IMG/VR virus record: IMGVR_UViG_3300010429_001356 | Span: 2,456-66,455 of that record | From: a virus | Taxonomy: Duplodnaviria; Caudoviricetes | DNA: 64,000 nucleotides | Direction: 5' to 3' (one strand) | In this document: in pieces, positions 45,269 through 52,700 of the stretch | Layout of the letters: the number at the start of each line of letters is the position of its first letter | Numbering within the stretch: position 1 is the stretch's first letter | Position numbers and translations under genes: made by a program | Notes under the pieces: generated by a model | Seen by the model: the letters and a program-made list of their open reading frames with translations, nothing else | Databases searched by the model: none | What the model was told of the DNA's origin: nothing

Positions 45269-46113
45269 AGACCATCAACGTCGTCGGTGCAGGCATCGCC
45301 GGATCCCTGGTCGCTCGCGTCCTCCGCGCCCGCGGGCACGAGGTGCGGGTCATCGACGACTGCGACGTCAACTCCGCGAGCCGCGCCAGCAGCAACCTGT
45401 ACATCGGGAGCTGGCTGAAGAAGTTCAGCAGCTCCGCGGCGTCGAACGGCATCCGCGTCGTCGAGGAGCTCTTCGCCGGGAAGATCGACCAGCCCTTCAG
45501 CCGCGGCATCGCGGACGCCATGAAGGTGCGGCACATCGCCCAGCGGCACCTGCTGGTGGAGCCGGACGTCGTGACCACCGTGGTTCAGGCCGACGTCTTC
45601 ACCTCCAGCGCCGTGAAGCCCGGAGTCCCGGGGGTTGGTACCGCCGAGAAGTTCTACGAGGGTCCAGTCGTCCTGTGCACGGGCCACCGCGGAGCCGAGC
45701 TCGTCCCCGGCCTGAAGGTTGACGTCAAGGTCGGCCACTGCATCCACTTCCGCGGCCGCCTCCCCGAGGGGAGGAGCTCGCTCACGCTGGCCTCGCCCTA
45801 CGTCCACGCCAAGCTGTACCAGCTCGACGAGGACACGATCTACTTCGCTGACTCCGTCGCCGTGACGCGGGATGCCTACGCCAAGCGGAGCAAGGAGCTC
45901 ATGGACCGGACGATGGCGAGGGCCGTTGCCCTCCTGGGCTACGAGCCGGAGGTGAAGTCGATCCTCGTCGGCTACCGACCGTTCGTCGCCGGGCACGACT
46001 TCGGCTACCTCGCTCAGGTGAAGCCCGACGTGTGGGTGCTGAACGGTGGCGGCAAGAACGGGATCATCGCCTACGCCGACGCGGCGGACAGGCTCGCCAA
46101 GGAGATCGCATGA
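45265..46113 (+). CDS. FAD-dependent oxidoreductase/lyase (DAO-like)
   Basis: VVGAGIAG Rossmann motif, GYRP, NGGGKNG. Confidence 0.85.
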   Translation: MKTINVVGAGIAGSLVARVLRARGHEVRVIDDCDVNSASRASSNLYIGSWLKKFSSSAASNGIRVVEELFAGKIDQPFSRGIADAMKVRHIAQRHLLVEPDVVTTVVQADVFTSSAVKPGVPGVGTAEKFYEGPVVLCTGHRGAELVPGLKVDVKVGHCIHFRGRLPEGRSSLTLASPYVHAKLYQLDEDTIYFADSVAVTRDAYAKRSKELMDRTMARAVALLGYEPEVKSILVGYRPFVAGHDFGYLAQVKPDVWVLNGGGKNGIIAYADAADRLAKEIA

Positions 46114-46577
46114 GCAGCCCCATCCAGAAGATCAAGATCCGCCCGGCCACGAAGGCTGACCACGACCGGCTCGCGCAGATCGCCCGCAGCCACCGCGCCG
46201 GGCAGGGGTTCACGCACTTCATGTTCAGCGGCGACGCCGCGTACGAGAAGGGCTGGATCCGGGTCGCGGTCGTCGACGGCGGCGACATGGACGGGGACAT
46301 CGTCGGCTTCACGTGCGTCCGCCACAAGAAGCGGGAGCCGAAGACGATGCTGTACTACATCATCGTCGAGACGTGGGCTCGCCGGGACTCGAAGCCGGGC
46401 GTCCGCATCGGTCAGGCTCTCCTCGACGACCTGATCGCAACTTCTCCGCACAGGTGCATCGAGCTGAGTTGCCTCAAGGACAACGCTGAGGCACTTCAGT
46501 TCTATGCAAAGAACGGGTTCGAGCAGAAGGGTGAGGCTCTCAAGGGGAAGGGTTGGCACCTGGAGCTCCGCTGGTGA
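46110..46577 (+). CDS. GNAT acetyltransferase of the modification cluster
   Basis: IRPAT, IVGF, RIGQALL, DNAEALQFYAKNGF. Confidence 0.88.
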   Translation: MSSPIQKIKIRPATKADHDRLAQIARSHRAGQGFTHFMFSGDAAYEKGWIRVAVVDGGDMDGDIVGFTCVRHKKREPKTMLYYIIVETWARRDSKPGVRIGQALLDDLIATSPHRCIELSCLKDNAEALQFYAKNGFEQKGEALKGKGWHLELRW

Positions 46578-46963
46578 ACCAAGCCGAGTACATGCGCGAG
46601 TATCGCAAGGTTCCGAGGAACATCAGGCGTCGCCGCGAGTACATGCGCTCCCGGGAGGTCAGGAAGCAGATCATGCTCCGAGACGCGAAGAAGAGAGCCA
46701 AGAGGCAGGGGGTACCGTTCAGACTGAAGCTGGAACACCTCGAGATACCTGAGCGGTGCCCCGCGCTCGGTATCCGGCTGAGGCACGGCGTCAAGAAGTT
46801 CGTCGACGGCTCTCCTACGCTGGATCGGATCGTCCCGAGCAGAGGGTACGTTCCAGGAAACGTCGTTGTCGTAAGTCACAAGGCGAATCGCATCAAGAGC
46901 AATGCAACAGCTCGAGAGGTGTTGCTTGTCGCTCGGTTCTACATGCGGAAGACTAAATCATGA
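46574..46963 (+). CDS. Free-standing HNH-like endonuclease (paralog of 7426-7803)
   Basis: CPALG..SPTLDRIVPSRGYVPGNVVVVSHKANRIK. Confidence 0.8.
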   Translation: MNQAEYMREYRKVPRNIRRRREYMRSREVRKQIMLRDAKKRAKRQGVPFRLKLEHLEIPERCPALGIRLRHGVKKFVDGSPTLDRIVPSRGYVPGNVVVVSHKANRIKSNATAREVLLVARFYMRKTKS

Positions 46964-47619
46964 TTGTGAACATCCGCGGCACATCTGGCTCCGGCAAGAC
47001 GACCCTCATCCGTGAGCTGTTCAAGCTCGCCCGGGACCGCTCGGTCTGGGATCCGCTCTGGTCGGAGATCCCCGAGTCGCTCCTGCCCAGGAACGACAAG
47101 GGCGAGCTGAAGAAGCGCAAGCAGCCCTGGGGCTACGTCCTCGAGATGCCGGAGCCTTTCCGCCGGAACGTGGTCGTCATCGGCCACTACGAGACGGCGT
47201 GCGGCGGGTGCGACACCATCCCGTCGTTCGACTTGGGCTTCGCTCTCATCCGGGCCGCCCACAAGTGCAACTACGACGTGGTGTACGAGGGCCTGCTCTA
47301 CTCGGCCGACGCCGAGCGCACGCTCGCTCTCCACCGGGAGGGACTCGACCTCCACGTCATCGCCCTGAACACCCCGCTGGACGTCTGCATCGCCTCGGTC
47401 AACGAGCGGCGTCAGGGCAGCAAGCGGGCGCTCAAGCGAGCCGAGAAGGGCGAGGAGAAGCTGCCCGACGTCAACCCGAAGAACACCGAGTCGAAGTTCA
47501 AGGGCACCCAGAGCACGATGGCGAAGCTCCAGGCCGCGGGCGTCGACGCTCACTGGTGCAGCCGGGAGGGTGCGGTGCAGCGCCTGGTCCAGCTCCTCAC
47601 GGAGGGGCGAGCCGCTTGA
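46960..47619 (+). CDS. P-loop kinase, 5-hmdU DNA kinase type
   Basis: IRGTSGSGKTT, IGHYETACGGCDTI, EGLLYS; context. Confidence 0.75.
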   Translation: MIVNIRGTSGSGKTTLIRELFKLARDRSVWDPLWSEIPESLLPRNDKGELKKRKQPWGYVLEMPEPFRRNVVVIGHYETACGGCDTIPSFDLGFALIRAAHKCNYDVVYEGLLYSADAERTLALHREGLDLHVIALNTPLDVCIASVNERRQGSKRALKRAEKGEEKLPDVNPKNTESKFKGTQSTMAKLQAAGVDAHWCSREGAVQRLVQLLTEGRAA

Positions 47620-48494
47620 ACCAGGACAACGTCAACCTATTCTTCCGGATCGCTCGGGAGCGATACTCGATCAAGCTCCTCCGAGAGAAGATGCCGCACA
47701 GCCCCGAGCTCTGGACGGACGACGAGATCTTCCGCCGGTGGCGGTTCTGCAACGTCTTCCGCGAGGACGACAAGACAACCGCGTGGTTCCGCCGGAACAT
47801 CCGCGGCCCGCTCTCGCTGCGGGGGCCGGACGTCATGCTGGCCACGGCGCTCTTCCGCTGGTTCAACCGCATCGACACGGCCGACAAGATCGTCGAGTTC
47901 ATGACGGTCGAGGGGTACAGCGAGGACGGGATCCGGAAGGCGCTGGAGGGTCACAAGCCCCTCGTGACCGGGGCCTACATGATCAAGACGCCCGCGGGCA
48001 TGAACAAGCTCGAGGGCATCCTCTGGTGCATGCGGCCCTACGTCAAGGACGTCGTGCACCTCGCGACCCACGTCGAGCCGGAGACCACCCTGGAGGGCAT
48101 GTGGACCGTCCTCCGGATGTACCCGTACCTCGGCTCGTTCATGTCCTACGAGATCGTCAGCGACCTCCGCCACACCTGCCTCCTGCGCAACGCCCCCGAC
48201 ATCATGACCTGGGCCGCGGCCGGACCCGGCTGCGCCCGCGGGCTGGGCTGGGTCGTCGCGGGCGAACCCGAGGCGTATGGCTACACCTCCGCCAAGGACC
48301 AGCTGCGGATGCTGGCTCTGATGAAGGAGCTCCTCGCCATCAGCCAGAGCGAGGCCCAGTGGCCGAAGTGCTGGCCGAAGTGGGAGATGCGGGAGGTCGA
48401 GCACTGGCTCTGCGAGACCTGGAAGTACGTGCGGTGCCGGGACTACGGCCAGCCGCCCAAGGAGAAGTTCCGGTGCACCACCCCAGCAACCTGA
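47616..48494 (+). CDS. 5-hmdU DNA kinase helical domain (aGPT-Pplase1 family)
   Basis: WTDDEIFRRWRFCNVFREDDKT, FRWFNR, TGAYMI, GPGCARGL, EVEHWLCE. Confidence 0.85.
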   Translation: MNQDNVNLFFRIARERYSIKLLREKMPHSPELWTDDEIFRRWRFCNVFREDDKTTAWFRRNIRGPLSLRGPDVMLATALFRWFNRIDTADKIVEFMTVEGYSEDGIRKALEGHKPLVTGAYMIKTPAGMNKLEGILWCMRPYVKDVVHLATHVEPETTLEGMWTVLRMYPYLGSFMSYEIVSDLRHTCLLRNAPDIMTWAAAGPGCARGLGWVVAGEPEAYGYTSAKDQLRMLALMKELLAISQSEAQWPKCWPKWEMREVEHWLCETWKYVRCRDYGQPPKEKFRCTTPAT

Positions 48495-48955
48495 GCAAGG
48501 CCGAGCTCGACGCGGCCTTCGACAACTCCGACTCCCGGCTGACGATCGCCGTCGACTTCGACGGCACGATCGTCGATCACCGCTACCCGGACATCGGAGC
48601 GCCCGCGTGCGGCGCGTTCGACTGGCTCCGCGAGCTGAAGCGGCGGGGGGTCAAGCTCATCCTCTGGACGATGCGGTCGGACTCGTCGAAGGACGGCCCC
48701 ACCCTGACGAACGCGGTCGAGTTCTGCCGGAAGCACGGCGTCGAGTTCGACCACGTCAACGAGAACCCGGGTCAGCGCACGTGGACCACGTCCCCGAAGT
48801 GCTACGCCCACATGTACGTCGACGACGCCGCGGTGGGGGTGCCCCTCCGCGACTCGCCCCGGGCCGGTGGGCGTCCAGTCGTCGACTGGCACCGGCTCGG
48901 ACCGATGATCCTCGAGCGGGTGCACGCTCACAACGACCGGAGGAAGAAGCCGTGA
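48473..48955 (+). CDS. HAD-superfamily phosphatase
   Basis: IAVDFDGTIV, ILWTMR, MYVDD. Confidence 0.85.
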   Translation: MHHPSNLSKAELDAAFDNSDSRLTIAVDFDGTIVDHRYPDIGAPACGAFDWLRELKRRGVKLILWTMRSDSSKDGPTLTNAVEFCRKHGVEFDHVNENPGQRTWTTSPKCYAHMYVDDAAVGVPLRDSPRAGGRPVVDWHRLGPMILERVHAHNDRRKKP

Positions 48956-49122
48956 ACGAATCCTGGTACAACCCGCTGTCCCTCATGCGAGCGATGCTCG
49001 GGCACCAGAAGCCCGACATCCTCACCGCCGACCCCAGCGAGTACGGCCGCAAGACCCGCACCCGCATCCAGCAGCTCCGGAACCGCAAGCGGTTCAAGCA
49101 GCGGAAGTCCCGGAGCCGCTGA
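48952..49122 (+). CDS. Small basic hypothetical protein (56 aa)
   Basis: GTGA overlap; Arg/Lys-rich tail. Confidence 0.45.
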   Translation: MNESWYNPLSLMRAMLGHQKPDILTADPSEYGRKTRTRIQQLRNRKRFKQRKSRSR

Positions 49123-49124
49123 GC

Positions 49125-49565
49125 GTGCCGCAGCGCCCGCCAGCGTACCTGCCGCCCGTCACCGACGACAAGGTTGTCGCGAGGTTCACCTCGCGCCTGT
49201 CCATGCCGGGGAACGACGCCTGCTGGTTCTGGTGGGGGCACGTTTCGGAGAAAGGATACGGCCAGTTCTGGATGGACGGCCGCGCCCACTGGGCGCACCG
49301 GGTCGCCTACGCGATCTGGGTCGGGGAGATACCGGCGGGCATGACGCCCGACCACACCTGCGGACGCGGGTGCTGCGTCAACCCGCGGCACCTGACGCTC
49401 GTCACGGTCTCGGAGAATGCGAGGAGGCGATGGGAGAGGGAGCGGGCAAGTTGCCCTCCGTCGACCGACGGCTATACTCAGGCGAAGGAAACGCAACATG
49501 CTGACGATCAAAGCACGCAACGTCCACCAGGCACTCCCCGAGATGCTGTATCAGCTCCGCGCTAG
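49125..49565 (+). CDS. HNH_3-type endonuclease
   Basis: CWFWWG..GYGQF..AHRVAY..DHTCGRGCCVNPRHL..EN. Confidence 0.85.
   Translation: MPQRPPAYLPPVTDDKVVARFTSRLSMPGNDACWFWWGHVSEKGYGQFWMDGRAHWAHRVAYAIWVGEIPAGMTPDHTCGRGCCVNPRHLTLVTVSENARRRWERERASCPPSTDGYTQAKETQHADDQSTQRPPGTPRDAVSAPR
49451..49478 (+). promoter_or_regulatory. Promoter TTGCCC-N16-TATACT for the hydroxymethylase operon
   Basis: Lies inside the HNH 3' end, 19 nt before ATG 49498. Confidence 0.65.
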
Positions 49566-50544
49566 CGGGGTGCGCCGGGAGAGCCGCAACGGGCCGGTGC
49601 TGGTCTTCCCGCACCCGGTCGTCGTGGAGTACACGCGGCCGCAGGAGCGGGTCATGTACTGGCCCGAGCGGGACTGCAACCCGTTCTTCCACTTCTTCGA
49701 GGCGCTGTGGATGCTCGGCGGCCGCAACGACGTGGCCTTCCCGGTGCGGTTCAACAGCACCTTCGGCCAGTTCAGCGACGACGGCGTGACCTTCAACGCG
49801 GCCTACGGGCACCGCTGGCGTCGGTACTTCGGCTACGACCAGCTCGAGATCGTCGCCCAGAGGTTGAAGGAGAACCCCGACGACCGGCGCGTCGTCCTCG
49901 GGATGTGGGATCCGCACGAGGATCTCGGCTCGTCGAGCAAGGACGTGCCCTGCAACCTGAGCGCCTGCTTCCAGCGGGGTGCGGACGGCGAGCTGAACAT
50001 GACGGTCTACAACCGCTCCAACGACATCGTCTGGGGCGCGCTCGGGGCGAACGCGGTCCACTTCAGCGTGCTGCAGGAGTTCCTGGCGCTCGCCATCGGG
50101 TGCCCGGTGGGCCGGTACTGGCAGATCTCCTGCAACATGCACGGCTACCTGAAGACGGTCGAGCCCCTCATGTCGCTCGCGGACAGGGCGTTCCCGTCGA
50201 CCCAGGCCCAGGCGTCCGACCCCTACGAGCAGGGCGTCGTCCAGCCGCTCGAGATGTTCCCCTCCGGCACGGGGGGCGACTTCGTCAGCGACCTGGCGAT
50301 GTTCCTCGACGAGGGCGAGCGGGCGATGGGGTACAAGACGAAGTTCATGCGTCGTGTCGCGATGCCGCTGCTGCGGTCGTGGCTCGCGTTCAAGGACAGC
50401 AGCGACCCGGCGCGGTTCCACAACGCGCGGAAGATCGTCCAGGTGGACTGCCACGCGAAGGACTGGGCGCTCGCCTGCGACCAGTGGCTCGTCCGCCGGG
50501 AGGAGAAGGCGCGGGCCAAGGCGGCCGCGACCCAGGAGGAGTGA
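49498..50544 (+). CDS. Thymidylate-synthase-fold dUMP hydroxymethyltransferase
   Basis: ESRNG, NPFFHFFEALWMLGGRND, DVPCN, NRSNDIVWGALGANAVHF (Asn implies uracil specificity), NMHGY. Confidence 0.85.
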   Translation: MLTIKARNVHQALPEMLYQLRASGVRRESRNGPVLVFPHPVVVEYTRPQERVMYWPERDCNPFFHFFEALWMLGGRNDVAFPVRFNSTFGQFSDDGVTFNAAYGHRWRRYFGYDQLEIVAQRLKENPDDRRVVLGMWDPHEDLGSSSKDVPCNLSACFQRGADGELNMTVYNRSNDIVWGALGANAVHFSVLQEFLALAIGCPVGRYWQISCNMHGYLKTVEPLMSLADRAFPSTQAQASDPYEQGVVQPLEMFPSGTGGDFVSDLAMFLDEGERAMGYKTKFMRRVAMPLLRSWLAFKDSSDPARFHNARKIVQVDCHAKDWALACDQWLVRREEKARAKAAATQEE

Positions 50545-50547
50545 GCC

Positions 50548-51018
50548 GTGCCCGACCAGAAGCCCCGAGTCTACCTGATCTGCCCCGTCCGCCGCTGCAC
50601 CCCCGAGGTGCGAGCGGAGATGGACGCCTACGTCGCTGGCCTCGAGGCCCGCGGGTACGAGGTGCACTACCCTCCCCGCGACGTCGACCAGCGGAACGAC
50701 GACGGCGGTGTGCGGATCTGCATGGAGCACCTCGACGCGATGATGGGCTGCGACGAGATCCACGCCTGGTGGGATCCCGCGAGCTCCGGCTCACACTTCG
50801 ACCTGGGCATGGCGTACATGCTCCACGCCATCCGGTTCGTGCTGCACGCCCGCCTGGGCCGAGCTGGCATCGACGAGCTGCGGGAGAAGCACGACATCCG
50901 CGTCTCCGACATCCCGACCTTCGTGGTGGCCAATCCCCACCAGGTCAAGCCCGACCCCGAGAAGTCGTTCACCAACGTGCTGCTGGAGCTCGCGGCGCGG
51001 CCGAGGATCCTGACATGA
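50548..51018 (+). CDS. Nucleoside 2-deoxyribosyltransferase-like nucleotide N-hydrolase
   Basis: VYLICP..EVHYPPRD..SSGSHFDLGMAY. Confidence 0.7.
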   Translation: MPDQKPRVYLICPVRRCTPEVRAEMDAYVAGLEARGYEVHYPPRDVDQRNDDGGVRICMEHLDAMMGCDEIHAWWDPASSGSHFDLGMAYMLHAIRFVLHARLGRAGIDELREKHDIRVSDIPTFVVANPHQVKPDPEKSFTNVLLELAARPRILT

Positions 51019-51755
51019 CGAAGTACAATCCCGCTAAGGCGAAGGAGTACGTGCAGCGACCTGAAGTTCGCGAGAAGCGGGCCGCGTACTACCGCAAGCC
51101 GGAGGTGCGAGATCGAAGGAACGCGAAGCAGCGAGCAGCGAATAGGGGACCGACCAACTACAAGAGGCGTCTCCGCAAGCTCCTCGCTCTTGGCCTCACC
51201 GCCCAGGAAGCAGAGCGACAGCTCGCCAAGACGATCTGCGACTGTTGCGGGGATCCGTTCGGTGAGGAGACTTCGCACATCGACCACGACCACAAGACGA
51301 ACGAGTTCCGAGGGATGATCCACCTCCAGTGCAACGTCGCGATCGGTATGTTCCGAGATCGCGTCGGGGCAATGGTGCTCGCCTCTCGATACGTCGATCC
51401 CTTCAACCGATCTCCACTCTCGGTGGACAGCGGGCCTCGGTTCCTCGAGTACCTCGACGCAATCGCAGCAGAAGACGCTGAGGGGTTGCACGTGGCTGCG
51501 AAGAGCTACGGGCCTTCATGGAAGCAGGGCGGCGGCAGCAACGCCTTCGCCATGCTCAAGCGGAAGTGGGACCGGCTGGTCAATCGGCTGGTTCGCCCCG
51601 AGATCAACGGAGACATCTTCAAGGGGATCGCGACGGACGACCGCGGCGAGGGCGTGATCGACGACGTCCGCGACCTCCGGCGATACCTCCTGCTAGTCGA
51701 GGCTGAGATGCGGGCGCGGGGGTTCCGCCGCGTGCATCGGGACAACAAGCGATGA
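51015..51755 (+). CDS. Endonuclease VII fused to a Nmad1/DUF1599-like domain
   Basis: CDCCG..HIDHDHKTNEFRGMIHLQCNVAIG, then SYGPSW..RKWDRL..EGVIDDVRDLRRY. Confidence 0.7.
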   Translation: MTKYNPAKAKEYVQRPEVREKRAAYYRKPEVRDRRNAKQRAANRGPTNYKRRLRKLLALGLTAQEAERQLAKTICDCCGDPFGEETSHIDHDHKTNEFRGMIHLQCNVAIGMFRDRVGAMVLASRYVDPFNRSPLSVDSGPRFLEYLDAIAAEDAEGLHVAAKSYGPSWKQGGGSNAFAMLKRKWDRLVNRLVRPEINGDIFKGIATDDRGEGVIDDVRDLRRYLLLVEAEMRARGFRRVHRDNKR

Positions 51756-51850
51756 ACGTATGCTGGACTCGCTGGCGGCTTGCGAGTTCGGTCGAGTTCC
51801 AAGCCGCAGGCAACCGCTAGAAAGCGGTCACATCCTAGAAAGGATCTGCC

Positions 51851-52660
51851 ATGAGTAAGTTGTCGAACCGTCCGAAGCTGACCGATCCGAATCGCCTGAA
51901 CCCGCAGACCGGGAAGACGCATGGCATCGCCATCTCGTTCTTCAAGACTCTGTGCCGGGCCATCTACTTCACCCCGGAGGGTCAGCGGGGGAGCCGAGTC
52001 GAGGTGGTCAAGGAGGCTCTCGAGATCATGCCCTGGTTTCCCGAGGAGCACAAGAGGCTCCGAGGCAGCCTCCCGACCGATTCCCAGTACCTGAACTGGG
52101 TGTCGACCACCGTCGGGTTCAAGTACGCCAGCACTCCTGAGTTGGCAATGAAACTCCTGCGGGAGTCGAAGAGCCAGGACGCGGAGGGCGAGGATCCTCG
52201 ACTGTCGCTTCAGAAGAAGATCGAGCTCCTGGTGGCTCGTCAGCTCATCGCAAGGGATCAGTCACTGGACAGCCTTGACCACCTGAGGCAGCTCCTGCTG
52301 GACAACGGCTTCCGCCCCACCGGGCGATACGTCGAGGGCACCGGATTCGAGTTCGTCTACGTCATCTCGATGGGGGATCGCACCAAGGTGGGCTTCACTA
52401 CGGACATCGAGGATCGCCTCGCTTCGTACAAGACCCACACCCCGAACAAGCTGGAGGTGTTCGCGATCCGCCTCTTCCCCGGCGATGGACGTCCGCTGGA
52501 GCAGCAGGTTCACAAGATGCTTGCTTCGACTCCGCTCCGCGTGGATGCACGTAACGAGTGGTATTTCATGCCCGCGGCGGTCGCCGAGGCTATCGTGATC
52601 GGCACGGCCGCCCAGATGGGCCTGTCCGTGGCTGGTGCCGAGAATCGCCAGACCGTGTGA
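51851..52660 (+). CDS. GIY-YIG (T5orf172-like) endonuclease
   Basis: FVYVI..TKVGFTTDIEDRL..LEQQVH..NEWY; AT-richer. Confidence 0.75.
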   Translation: MSKLSNRPKLTDPNRLNPQTGKTHGIAISFFKTLCRAIYFTPEGQRGSRVEVVKEALEIMPWFPEEHKRLRGSLPTDSQYLNWVSTTVGFKYASTPELAMKLLRESKSQDAEGEDPRLSLQKKIELLVARQLIARDQSLDSLDHLRQLLLDNGFRPTGRYVEGTGFEFVYVISMGDRTKVGFTTDIEDRLASYKTHTPNKLEVFAIRLFPGDGRPLEQQVHKMLASTPLRVDARNEWYFMPAAVAEAIVIGTAAQMGLSVAGAENRQTV

Positions 52661-52665
52661 TTGAA

Positions 52666-52695
52666 CGAGTCCAGAGACGAAAGCCTCTGGACTCG
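52666..52695 (+). promoter_or_regulatory. 11-bp hairpin ending 5 nt before the polA start
   Basis: CGAGTCCAGAG-ACGAAAGC-CTCTGGACTCG; no SD visible. Confidence 0.45.
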
Positions 52696-52700
52696 ATTAG

